From the NCBI GenBank assembly GCA_051294375.1, contig CM119269.1, positions 7,226,080-7,290,079 of the forward strand: a stretch of DNA of 64,000 nucleotides. Direction: 5' to 3'. Shown here in pieces: positions 1-11,561 of the stretch (position 1 is the first letter of the stretch; every line of letters starts with the position of its first letter). Position numbers and translations under genes: made by a program. This stretch comes from Paraspadella gotoi. Lineage: Eukaryota; Animalia; Chaetognatha. The notes beneath the pieces are model-generated. The model searched no databases and was not told where the DNA came from. It worked only from the letters and a program-made list of their open reading frames with translations.

Positions 1-701
1 AGAAAGAAAGAGAGAAAGAAAAAGAGAGAGAGAGAGTGTGTCAGCTTTTGAGACATAAGACTCAGAAACGGGTCCCATTCCATCCAACTGTCAAAAATAA
101 TCGTTTTTCGATGATTGGCTGAGATCGTAAGCGAATTAGCGAAGACGATTCGATCCAGAAACTGCGTTTAAGTTTAGATTTGCTTAAGTTTCTTACTTTT
201 TAGTTTAAATCCGGTGGTAAGTCGCCTCAAATTTATAAATTGTATATGTTTAGTAAGTTTTATTCGATAAATGGAAGAAAGAAAACTGAATTTTATGCTT
301 TGCTTTGAACTTTGTCAATCGCTCCGAATGTTTATATATATCAACGAAGGAAGCAGGCGTGGTTTATTACGGAGAAATTAGAGGAGTTTTAGTAACAATA
401 AATACACTATTATGTAACGATAATTGACGGAGAATAAATAGACAGTAAACAAATACAATGAATAGAATTTGATGTTGATTTTTTGAAGGTAAGTTAAAGA
501 CTGATCGTGATCAAGTTCCCTCTCTTCTCACCCTGCCGTCGGTTTTCTGAGGCAAGCCTACTCTCTGATTGGAAAAAGCCAAGAGAGACAAATCATTTGG
601 TCTATCAGATCCATCTACTGGTCGATTTCCTGTGATGATATATGTATATTTTTTTTGGGGGGGGGTTCTGTAGATTGTAGTATCAGTTAAAAAAACATAA
701 A

Positions 702-750
702 CCTTAAACCACCAAAGCCTGTCCAAAGTCAGGGACAAGATAGCTTATTT
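702..750 (+). repeat. Dispersed repeat fragment, with an inverted copy at 28812-28860
   Basis: agcctgtccaaagtcagggacaagatagcttattt matches the reverse complement of aaataaactatcttgcccctgactttggacaggct at about 28.8 kb. Confidence 0.7.
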
Positions 751-2102
751 TTTAATTGAATGGATAATTTTTTTATATTTTCTACCAATTTCATAATAAT
801 TTTTCGATTTTTTCCGCGAGAAGAATTTCCAATTCGAATGTAAATTTTAATCGCAAATACAAGACAAATACAATCGCCCATTGGAACGGTTATCCTCTGT
901 CTCGCAAGGAGAAAATGGAGTCCATGNNNNNNNNNNNNNNNNNNNNNNNNNNNNNNNNNNNNNNNNNNNNNNNNNNNNNNNNNNNNNNNNNNNNNNNNNN
1001 NNNNNNNNNNNNNNNNNNNNNNNNNNNNNNNNNNNNNNNNNNNNNNNNNNNNNNNNNNNNNNNNNNNNNNNNNNNNNNNNNNNNNNNNNNNNNNNNNNNN
1101 NNNNNNNNNNNNNNNNNNNNNNNNNNNNNNNNNNNNNNNNNNGAATGAATTACGGACGGAAATTTATTAGCTGCCGTTTCCGACCTTATTTCTATGTATT
1201 CCTAATATATCGTAATTTGTTAAACATTAACATTTTTTAACTACCGTAGAATCTATGTATTTTTTTGTCACTGAGGCAGTATGTAGTAATTAAAATCATT
1301 TTCATTGATTTCTATATTTTATCTAAACTTTTATTTTCGTTTTACTAATCAATGTTTCGAAAACAAAACAACATGAGCAACGACGATGAGGACGACGAAG
1401 ACGAAGAGGACGACGAAAACGATGCCGAAGAAGACGAGAACAAAGATGGCGACACCTACAAGGCAGACGACGACGACTTCGACGACGAGAACGACTGCGA
1501 CCTTATCTTTTCCGACAAACGGGAGGCAATCAATCAGAAATGTTATGGAGGAATCTGACAGCGAGTCTTTCGCTTTCCTCGGCGGTGATGATGAAGAAAA
1601 TACTCTGCGGGAGACGCGGTTACGCGGGTGAGGCAAGGGTGAGGCAAAGCTGAGGGATGGATGGGGTAAGGATCTGGGGAGGCACTGGGAAGTTGGGAGT
1701 GCTGAGAGGCGTAACCGGGCGTGGCGATGGTGATTGCAGTTGCGGTTGTGAAAGAGTTGATGTTTTTAGATTGTCGCTTTCTTAATTCCAATAAAATGTT
1801 TTGAGTTTCGTCGTGAAAAGTAAAACTTTTTGAAGACAATGATTTTATCTGAGGCTTTCGATAGTTAAAAAGCGCAATAAAGAATTTTTGAGTGTCGCTC
1901 GTTTTGAGACGGTACTAAATTTGTTTCGCCTCAATATTAATATTCCGTATTTTAATGTTATTCCTTAACCGTTCGATATATATTATATATACTAGTCAAT
2001 GTATTAGTAATACTATTACTATTACTATTACTACTACTAATACTATTACCCAATTCAAAGTTTACTCTTCGAATTTCAACCGAACCAAAAATTCATCCGT
2101 CG

Positions 2103-2133
<31 letters not shown>

Positions 2134-2425
2134 NNNNNNNNNNNNNNNNNNNNNNNNNNNNNNNNNNNNNNNNNNNNNNNNNNNNNNNNNNNNNNNNNNN
2201 NNNNNNNNNNNNNNNNNNNNNNNNNNNNNNNNNNTTTCACACCGTTGGGGACTGATTTTTTTTCTCGGTTCCACGAAATGTAGTAACGTATTCCACTCTG
2301 AGGAGATTAAGTTCACTTACTCAGCACCGAAGGGAGGCTTCGGGCAATTCCCAAAGGAAGATGAGCTTCGCAGCATTCGGTGACAAGTTTACTTCCTGGT
2401 AGTAAAGTCACTCTTTTTAATTATG

Positions 2426-2584
2426 TATTAGGAAATTTTTATTGTTTGCCAATACAACGATTTTTATTGTCATAGAACATGTTTCATGCTTCAAAAGCTG
2501 ATGAAGACTCGAATCAACAGAGTCGAAACATGTTCTATGACAATAAAAATCGTTGTATTGGTAAACAATAAACATTTCCTAATA
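2426..2584. repeat. 60-bp near-perfect inverted repeat with a 39-nt spacer
   Basis: The arm at 2426-2485 (tattaggaaattttt...catagaacatgtttc) is the reverse complement of 2525-2584 (gaaacatgttctatg...tttcctaata) with about 2 mismatches. Confidence 0.93.
2491..2540 (+). ncRNA. Putative minimal hammerhead ribozyme (Penelope-like-element type)
   Basis: CUGAUGA(A)-GACUC-gaaucaaca-GAGUC-GAAAC-AU-GUU: both conserved core boxes, a 5-bp stem II, a palindromic ACAUGU stem III and a GUU cleavage triplet. Stem I (ucaaaag/cuauga) is imperfect. Confidence 0.55.
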
Positions 2585-3005
2585 TATTCACTTAGCAATG
2601 AAAAGAGAGAAAATAATACAATGTCTACTAATTATGTATGAAATTGAATTCATTGAATATTGAGTAATCTTTCGGTTTCAGGTTTCGCTTTTTTAAAGTC
2701 CCTTTTTTGTTAGTCAGTCGATCCGTCCTTTTGTCTGTATGTCCCTCCTCAGTCATTCTCGCGTTTTAAATTAATTTAATTTAGGTAATAATGCACAATT
2801 GTGATGAATAATCTGAAAATGTTTCATACTTGTGTAGCGGAAAATACGCCGATTATGTGATTTCACGATCTTACATGATCAATTGATCATGAAGTCAATA
2901 TAGCTGGTTTTGCTTAATACTTCGTTATTTATTTATTATACTTCATATATCAGTAATAAACCATTAGATGCTTGTTGCGCATCTGATTATACTTGTGTAC
3001 TCCAG

Positions 3006-3758
3006 ATATCATATGAAAATCATCTGCAGAACGTACGTCTTTCTGCAACGGCGATTTAAAAGAGCGCCGCAATGTCTTCAAGATCGGGGGGGCGCCCGGT
3101 TTGGGGACGAATGATGCACGACGGGATTAATTTTGGGCGGAGCGATGTTCGGGGTCTCGACGTCGACGGACCCGGGAAATTCAGCGTCTACGCGGAGACG
3201 TATCCAACGAAGGCCTTTGACAGACGCACTTGCGCCTCAGACGAGACGATTCGAGTCATCGCCGAACCGGCGGCGCGCCACGTCAGCGCGGAGGACACGG
3301 GATTTTTAATCAAGGTTCACATCGTGAGAACGCTGACCCTAGGAAAAGACGCGCAGAAGATCGAAGGCGAAAACTCGTATGTTCACTTAAGCCCTAAGAT
3401 AGAACCGACTGGTCTTAGCTGGTCAGTTTGGACCCCCTGTTCGACCAGAACGAGGCTCTTCTCCCCACTCATGAACAACGTTTCCTTTTCCTTCACTCGG
3501 GGTGAATAACTCTGACGCCTCAGCAAATACAGTTGTTGCGATCGGGACGTTGTAGCGGGCCCAACTTTGCATATGGCACGACTTACGTGGCCTCAGAGAT
3601 ATTTGAGTGGCCAGATATGCAATTCGCAGTCATTTACATATTCACTCGATGAGTCGGTGGGTGCATACGGGCCTATTATTCTGGATAATTTCAATGTGAT
3701 TTGGACCTCTAGTATCACGCATGTTGCTTTCGACGTTATGACCATTGATATTATTTAG
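3006..3758 (+). CDS. ODC: C-terminal half of the ODC-like protein on the opposite strand, with many frameshifts (noisy sequence or pseudogene)
   Basis: After a tccag acceptor, frame-hopping translation gives ODC motifs in the correct order: YHM (cf. FHVGS), AI...RNVFKIG (cf. AI..AR.VFD.G), LGGAMFG (cf. DIGGGF), IRVIAEP..RHVSA (cf. IIAEPGRY), VVAGPT/C (cf. GPTCD), VGAYG....NFN (cf. MGAYT...FNGF). Stop TAG at 3756-3758. Confidence 0.75.
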
Positions 3759-4100
3759 TTCCGGTNNNNNNNNNNNNNNNNNNNNNNNNNNNNNNNNNNN
3801 NNNNNNNNNNNNNNNNNNNNNNNNNNNNNNNNNNNNNNNNNNNNNNNNNNNNNNNNNNNNNNNNNNNNNNNNNNNNNNNNNNNNNNNNNNNNNNNNNNNN
3901 NNNNNNNNNNNNNNNNNNNNNNNNNNNNNNNNNNNNNNNNNNNNNNNNNNNNNNNNNNNNNNNNNNNNNNNNNNNNNNNNNNNNNNNNNNNNNNNNNNNN
4001 NNNNNNNNNNNNNNNNNNNNNNNNNNNNNNNNNNNNNNNNNNNNNNNNNNNNNNNNNNNNNNNNNNNNNNNNNNNNNNNNNNNNNNNNNNNNNNNNNNNN

Positions 4101-4290
4101 TTGATGCCGGCGTCTTTAGCGTCTTGAAGGAGGCGTGGGGCGTCTTCAACGTCGACGCCGAATTTGGAAGACAATTCAAAATTGCAGGAAGGGTTGTGGA
4201 CGCGGAGGCGGAGGAGGGCGAAGCAGTTGGGATGGAGGCGGTGTAGCTTGGCCAACTCTGCCGTGGAATCAAAGACCAGGAGGTTGACCC
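4101..4290 (-). CDS. ODC: ODC-like exon 4, truncated by an assembly gap
   Basis: ccaccag acceptor in phase 1. Encodes GVNLLVFDSTAELAKLHRLHPNCFALLRLRVHNPSCNFELSSKFGVDVEDAPRLLQDAKDAGI, containing the FD...EL.K, LLR and LS.KFG motifs. Runs into Ns. Confidence 0.9.
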
Positions 4291-4398
4291 CTGGTGGGGA
4301 TAAAGGACGAAGGGTGTGTCAAAGGTGCAATGATGAGAAAAAATTATTTATGAAGAGATAATGTTGCAATAAGAAGATAATTATTCTTATTTCTTAGT

Positions 4399-4465
<67 letters not shown>

Positions 4466-4475
4466 TCCTCTTCAC

Positions 4476-4647
4476 CAATTTCCTCGGCGAAAACAAGATG
4501 CGACTCGAATTTCGTGGGATTCGAAAATACGATCTTGTCCGGGTTGCAGCGCAGCTTCAGCATCATCTTCATCTCGTTGGCGGAAGCGCAGTCAAAGCCG
4601 CAGCCGCTGCCCAACAGCGCAGCGGCGAGTCGCTCGTCCGGGTTCAC
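4476..4647 (-). CDS. ODC: ODC-like exon 3
   Basis: ttcag acceptor and G|gtgaag donor. Encodes VNPDERLAAALLGSGCGFDCASANEMKMMLKLRCNPDKIVFSNPTKFESHLVFAEEIG. GFDCAS..E and I.F.NP.K are hallmark group IV (ODC) decarboxylase motifs. Confidence 0.92.
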
Positions 4648-4939
4648 CTGAAGGCGGAAAGATAGAAAGTGAATGAGAGAAAGATACTTTTTTAATAAAA
4701 ACAAACATTTGAAAATATATTTACTGCTACATTATAATTGATACTGCATTGTCCGAAATTCCGAAATAAGTTAAAACGTAATTACATTTGAGATGGATTT
4801 TAATTTCAAAACAAACAAAGTAAAATCTTTTTTGTTGGAAGACGCTGTTTTTAATTTCTAACATTTTAATTTAAATTTTAAAGTCAAAATGGTAGAATTA
4901 AAATTATATTGTATTTATATGAAATAACTTAACATTAAC

Positions 4940-5251
4940 CTTGAAGGCGTAAAAGAGTTCGACGCGCGGCATGAGGCGGCGCCACTCGCTCACTACATCA
5001 AGGGCCACGCCCACATCGATGACGAGGACCGGACAATCTGAAAAATTCCCGGCGCCGAGAATTTTTTTAAAGACGGCGTCCAATTTTCGGCGCGTGACTA
5101 CGTCGACTTCGTTGAGAGACGAGAGATGGAAGATGCCGTCGATGCCATTGGTGGCGTCGGTGCCATTTGTGGCGTCAGTGCCATTGGTGGCGTCGGTGCC
5201 ATTGGTGGCGTCGGTGACATTGGTAGCGTCGGTGCCATTGGAGTTGAATGC
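4940..5251 (-). CDS. ODC: ODC-like exon 2: N-terminal repeats plus the PLP-binding lysine motif
   Basis: 312-nt open frame: AFNS(NGTDAT-like x6)FHLSSLNEV...PVLVIDVGVALDVVSEWRRLMPRVELFYAFK, ending at an AAG|GT donor. W..LMPRV..FYAFK matches the ODC W...LPRV.PFYAVK motif. The 5' boundary (tag|gca) has a weak acceptor. Confidence 0.85.
5132..5239 (-). repeat. 18-bp coding tandem repeat x6 (NGTDAT)
   Basis: aatggcaccgacgccacc repeated six times with a few substitutions, in frame within ODC-like exon 2. Confidence 0.9.
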
Positions 5252-5435
5252 CTAATCTTTTTCCATTTAACTACTTCAAGTTTCGGTTTTTTAAATTTCG
5301 ATAATTTAATTTACTTTTAGGTTCTGGTTTATATATTGTTAAACTATACGTATTATAATATTCTCAAAGATTTCTTTTTAAAATCTTAAGTTTTATATAT
5401 TAACTAATAACTAGTGATCAAAATATAAAACTTAC

Positions 5436-5474
5436 CTTTAAATTTTTTAGGGCATGAAATCTGAATCCTTCCAT
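5436..5474 (-). CDS. Ornithine decarboxylase-like gene, putative exon 1 (MEGFRFHALKNLK)
   Basis: ATG at 5474 in acaATGG context, 13 open codons, then a canonical AAG|GTAAG donor. Phase 0 matches the next exon. The link to the ODC gene is inferred from position and phase only. Confidence 0.55.
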
Positions 5475-5576
5475 TGTTACGCAAAATAAATATTTGGAGA
5501 AAAAGAAAATGGAATTTTTTTGAAAGTTTTGCCGATCGAGTGGCTGATCTTTTAAGTGGAGCATTTATGCCGTCAA

Positions 5577-5607
<31 letters not shown>

Positions 5608-7064
5608 TTTAACTCAAGTTCAGTTTTGATGTTTACTGAGTGCAAATATCAGATTATTTTCTCCAAATCGAGGTTAATATGACGTTCCTAATCCAAAAAA
5701 AGATCATTTTTAACTGACTAGTTTTTGGCGTTTTCTTTTCTTTTGACCTTTATATAAGTTTTTCTTTTGTTTCAGTACAACATTTTATTAACGTTTATTT
5801 CCTTTTTTTTACATTACATTTTTGTTTTTAATGTTTCTAACGTTTTTATCATTTGACGTTTTTAGCATTTGACTTTTTAAACATTTCTTTTGAATTTGTT
5901 ACTGACATTTGTTTTTACCGTTTTTAATGAAGTGGTTTTTTATTTTTTAGTAATGTTATTAGTGTTTTTTACTATTTTTGGTTATCAGTGTAGTTTTTAT
6001 TTGTTTACCGTTACTGTTTTTTGTATTCAATTATGTTAATATCGTTTTTGTTATTAATAAAAAAAAAACTATCGTCTTTGCATGCATACTGGTACAATGA
6101 TACTTTGTGTGCTGTTTGAAAACATTATAATATTAATAAAAAAGAAGAAATAAAAAAATGAAAAATCCATCCATGGTAGTGCATAAAGAAAAATAAGTGG
6201 ATAGTTGATTATCTTGACTTCCGATCGAACTTATCTCTTCTCAGTGATGATATTTGGTTTCTTCCCCTTTTCCCCGTCGTTGTCGTCGTCCTCATCGTCG
6301 TCGTCGTCGTCGTTGTCGTCGTCGTCTCCTCAGTTTTGACAGATGAATGCGGTTTCTCTCTGCGTTTGACGTTTCTGGATTGACTCACTCTCTCTCTCTC
6401 ATCTCTCATCTCGCTCTGTCCTCTCTGCTCTTCTCTCGCTCTCCTCGTCTCCTCATCGTCTCATGCCTCTCTCTCCTCTCTCTCTCTCTCGGCCTCTTCA
6501 CCTCGCATCGAGCTCCTCAGTTTTGTTTCACTCTCTCTTTGTCGCTCTGATTGGCTTCCTCTTTGACTTTCAACTCCTCTTTATTTCTCATTGTCTTTTC
6601 CGGGCCTTCTCTGACAGGTTGAATGGATCGCTAGCTAACTTTCTCCATCGCTAACTGACTTGAACCGACAGTTATTGCAATGTGGCGCTAACTTTTTCTC
6701 TCCATCATTTATGCTGATGCCATTCTCCAACGAATTTAGCGGAACTATTTACATGTGATTCAACTCACACTTAAAGCATTATTACTTGCAGTTTGTATCC
6801 TATGGAGTCATCACCCATAATAAATACTTTGCCTCTTTCGAGCGATTATCACTCATAATTTTTGCTACTCCTAATCACCATCTACTTGCCACTTCTCATC
6901 ACTATCAAATTTACCCCTCCTCAAAACCATCGACTTTGCCACTTCTCATCACCATCAACTTTGCTACTCTTCAATGCGATTCGTTTTTCTGCTCTCCAAA
7001 GTCATCCGCAATGCCTTGTCTTCAAGCATCCAAGTTATTTCCGGAGAGGGAAAAAAAGAGGAAG

Positions 7065-7118
<54 letters not shown>

Positions 7119-7356
7119 CCTCGATTTTCCGCTTCGCTCTCGATAATTGATTTCCGTTGTTTATTACAAGAATAAAAAATCCAGTGAAAATAATTTTATT
7201 TTTTATTTCGGGTTGGAATCGTCCGAGACTCGAATCGTGATTTTCTTGTGGGATTCACCGAGAAATCTCTTCACTATGGTTCGGAAATTCCTTCACAATC
7301 GCGTCTCTATTAAGAGAGAGTAGGAAGGGAATGTAAAGTTAGAGAGAAAGAGAGAA

Positions 7357-7387
<31 letters not shown>

Positions 7388-8683
7388 TAAAGCCTGCAGA
7401 GAGTATGTATTCGTATCAATCGACCAACTCGCGATTCTCTCGGAATCTCTCCCTCATTTGGTTTAAAAAACAAACTCGCCTCACTTCCACAATGACTTCG
7501 TTTCCGCCCAGAGAAAGAGTCCAGGTCTGCGCTAATGATCGCGAAACTCGCTTACCTACATAAACTGACCTTAAATCTGTCTCGGCTTAATAACTCAACG
7601 CAACTTTCGTTTGGTGTTTGGACCCGCCCAACCCCACAGCTGGCATCAACCCCAGAAGGCACGAAGGCCTTGTGATCTTAAGTATTATTAAGGTAAGTAC
7701 AATCCTTCAATTCACGATCTATTCTGGATTCGCTTCCATCGAAGTCTCCTTCCAGACCCCAACACCACCTCCCCCCCNNNNNNNNNNNNNNNNNNNNNNN
7801 NNNNNNNNNNNNNNNNNNNNNNNNNNNNNNNNNNNNNNNNNNNNNNNNNNNNNNNNNNNNNNNNNNNNNNNNNNNNNNNNNNNNNNNNNNNNNNNNNNNN
7901 NNNNNNNNNNNNNNNNNNNNNNNNNNNNNNNNNNNNNNNNNNNNNNNNNNNNNNNNNNNNNNNNNNNNNNNNNNNNNNNNNNNNNNNNNNNNNNNNNNNN
8001 NNNNNNNNNNNNNNNNNNNNNNNNNNNNNNNNNNNNNNNNNNNNNNNNNNNNNNNNNNNNNNNNNNNNNNNNNNNNNCCCCGTTCACCCTCCCTCCTTCC
8101 ATACCTCCAAACGATTTCTTTCTCTCTCGTCTCAATCCAGAAATTATAATCTCGTTTGCATATTGCAGTTCTACAAATAATGCAGCTGAAGTTCAATCAA
8201 AACAACAAAACATTATGAAAATTGATTAATTAAGAACAAAATGTTTATTCGTCGATATGTGGTTTGGAGCGAAGCTTCGGAAGTCTGGCTTTTGTTGCCG
8301 AAAGTGGGCGTAGTTGTTGTTTTAACCTCAAACGCGTCGAGAATGGAATGTCGACTATTAAATCAAAGCGAAAGAGATGGAACAAAATATATTTTATCTC
8401 GGCCCTTTACTTTAACACATTATAATTAAATATTTTTGTGTATATTTTATAAACTAAGCATTAAATATTTATGACGTTTTATGAAAAATAAAACCGTGAC
8501 TGTTTACGCAATAAACACTTTATTAATGTTGCTTCCAGAAATGGTATATTTCGATTTTCTTTTTCCTCCTATAAAAAGGACCCTGTGTAGCTTATTTAGA
8601 GCTTTTTTATCCAAATTATCCTTGCAAGAAGCGAAATACCGCATGTTTAGAATCGGGACAAACTCAATTTATGCGACTTCCTC

Positions 8684-8715
<32 letters not shown>

Positions 8716-8869
8716 CGACGACTTATTTCCATCAATGCGATGGGCAAAACGTTTATCGTCTTTCCGAATGCGATCCTCGTTTGACACGGTTTTCGAGTGA
8801 GTTGTTGTTTTCTTCCGCGTGCTCGTTGTTGTAGTTGTTATTTTGACACGTCGTCGTTTGTTTTCGCCA

Positions 8870-8900
<31 letters not shown>

Positions 8901-9055
8901 TTTTGTTTTCGTCGTGATCGTCGAGAAATTTCAACTTCGTCGTTATTCTCCTCTTCCACATTCCTCCTCTTTTTCCTCTTTTTTCTTTCTTTCCTTCCTC
9001 CCTTCCTTTCTCCTCGCCTTATCCCGTCTCATCTTCTTCGCTTTTTCTTTTCTTT

Positions 9056-9370
9056 CCTCCCTCCCTCCCTCTTTCACGGACATTCCTTTCCTTCTTCTTC
9101 CTTCCTCCTCACGATCTTTTCTTCATTCCTCTCTCCCTCCCTCTTTCACGGACATTCCTTTCCTTCTTCTTCCTCCTCTTCACGATCTTTGGTTCTTTCC
9201 TCCCTCTCTTCACGGACATTCCTTTCCTTCTTTTCTTCCTCCTCTTCACGATCTTTATTTCTTTCACCTCTCTCTTTCACGGACATTCCTTTCCTTCTTC
9301 TTCCTTCCCTCCACGATCTTTCCTCATTTCCTCCCTCTCTCCCTCCCTCTTTCACGGATATTCCTCCTGT
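9056..9370. repeat. Pyrimidine-rich ~70-bp minisatellite x~5
   Basis: Recurring ctccctctttcacggacattcctttccttcttcttcctcctcttcacgatcttt. Confidence 0.8.
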
Positions 9371-9473
9371 CTTCCTCCTCTTCCTCCTCCTTCGCCTCCC
9401 CATCATCGCTATTCTGACCACGCGCCATTCGAGGGGTTGATTGGATTTGCCGTTTACAGTGATATAAACGGAG

Positions 9474-9515
<42 letters not shown>

Positions 9516-9534
9516 CCCGACGGCGAGAGAGGTT

Positions 9535-9882
9535 TAGGCCGCGAGAGAGGGCATAGAAGGTGGGGTGTTAAGTGGCTGAAGTTGTTGAAGTTGGTGGGCG
9601 TGGCGGAAATGTGGTTGTGGAGGAGAATGTGGATAAAGGCTCTGTGGATGATGAACAGAGACCGCTTGCTGTTGAAGTTTCTGAGAACCGGAAAAAGCAA
9701 TGAGATGCTTGAGTGCTGGCGTAAGCGAAAAATGATCATGATGGAGAAGAAGTTAGGCTTTGTAGTTAAAATGATGAAGTACGATTAGATTGAACGACGC
9801 TGTCGAGAAATTAATCTTTCAGGACTCACCTGCTGAATTCGGGTAAGTCGTGTACGATGATGTGGACTCGATTGTGGAAGAG
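9535..9882 (-). CDS. Two possible spliced exons (9882-9830 and 9683-~9535) of an unidentified low-complexity protein; frame unresolved
   Basis: tttcacag acceptor, CAG|GTGAGT donor at 9830/9829 and ttctcag acceptor at 9683. Spliced frames give an S/T-rich (SSTIESTSSYTTYPNSAETSTASG...), Q/H/P-rich (RIQQKLQQQAVSVHHPQ...) or H-rich product. No family recognised. Confidence 0.3.
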
Positions 9883-11319
9883 CTGTGAAAGTTTTTGGTC
9901 ACAGTCGGATGATGGGTGGGCGTTTGAGCGGATAGCGACGGATTTGACCGGAGTGGGGAGGTGGAAGAGGGGGGAAGGAAAGGGAGGTAAAAGATGGCGG
10001 GAGGAGGGAGGTGGAAGGGGGGGGAGAGGGAAAGCAAAGCTAGACGGCGTCAGCCGGCGGTCAGTCTTCGCTCTCGGGAATAAGCAAAAACGCGAAAGGT
10101 GAAAATCCCGCGAGTTATTGTGATCCCGTCGGTGAGAAGGAAAAAACGCCGTTCGTGAAAGAGAAATTGCGCATCGGCGAAATGAGAATTGCCATCTGTG
10201 AAAAAAAACAAAGTGGGAATTGGCATTTGCAGGGGAAAAAAAGGGAGTAATTGTCGTCTGCAAAAAAAATGGAATTGCACTAAGTGAAAATGGGACTTTT
10301 TATCTATGAAAAAAAAGATTTTCATTTGTACCAAAAACATATCAGGCTTCCATGGGTGAAAAGGAAATTTTTCTCTTTGAAAATGGAATTGCAGGTTTTG
10401 CAAAAGAAAACGCTTCGTTTGCTCGAAATCTGGATCTCACGTTGTTTCGCAGAATAATATCACGTAAAAAAAAAAAGGTTTTCTCCTCTTGATGAAATGC
10501 TGAACCTCAGACGTGGCAAAGACGGTGTTGTGCTTTTTGATAAGCTGAAATAATCGATGAGCGAAAAAAAAAATATGAAAATTAATGAACGAAAAAAATG
10601 TGAAACATATTGTCTTTTATTTTGATTTTTAATCGTAGTAAGGTGACTCAGCTTTTGAGCATTTACCTTGTCGATGGTATTAAAGATTAATTACCACGCA
10701 TCAACCTCGATGAAAAATACGACCTCTCCAGCGGATCGTCCAGTTGCTCTTTATCGTCTCGTCGACAACGATACAGTCAAAGACTATAAATTTACGCGTA
10801 GATCCTTCTCGCCTCTGTCCTTCGCCAGTCCTCACTTTCGCAAATGACTCTTCGTATCTGAGTCAAAATTTTAGGGTTAATTCAATTAGACGAGGAAAGG
10901 GAAGTTCAGAGATCGCCCCTCCGTACGTTTGCCCTCTTAAACCTTTGGGAGCATCTTTGCTTCGGATGCCAACTCGGTCAGCCAAGCAATCAATCGACCA
11001 AGCATACCGCAAATGAAACGACCAAGCTAGTGAGGAAAAGACGTCATCAATAGCAAAAGAAACTCCAGAAAGAATTCGCCCAGCAGCCCCGAAATCACAC
11101 AGATCCCCATTGCCCCACAGCCTGACAGCCAGACAGCCCAACCGTCCGACAACCCGACAGCCCCTAAACCCCACAGCCCCGCTTTCGCCGAGAGGTCGAT
11201 TCCGCATCGGACTTCGGGTCAAATCCCCGATGCCCCTCAGACCAGGCGGTTTCCCCCCCTCTATCCTTCTATAGTTTTCCTTTTGTAATGAGATTCCTTG
11301 ACCGCACTCTCTGCAGGCT

Positions 11320-11384
<65 letters not shown>

Positions 11385-11497
11385 CTCTTCTCCGATCTCC
11401 AATCCATCCAATTATTATGGCGTTCGCATTTCCCGTTTGCAGAGAAAGTGCGGGAAAAAGAGGGAGCGAGGCGATGGGGCAAAGAGAATAAAAAAAG

Positions 11498-11561
<64 letters not shown>

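Noticed and set aside
1352-1631. Acidic ORF and a possible short exon (MEESDSESFAFLGGDDEENTLRETRLR|gtgagg)
   Set aside because: Mostly a degenerate (GAC)n tract with no homology and no downstream partner exon found. It cannot be supported.
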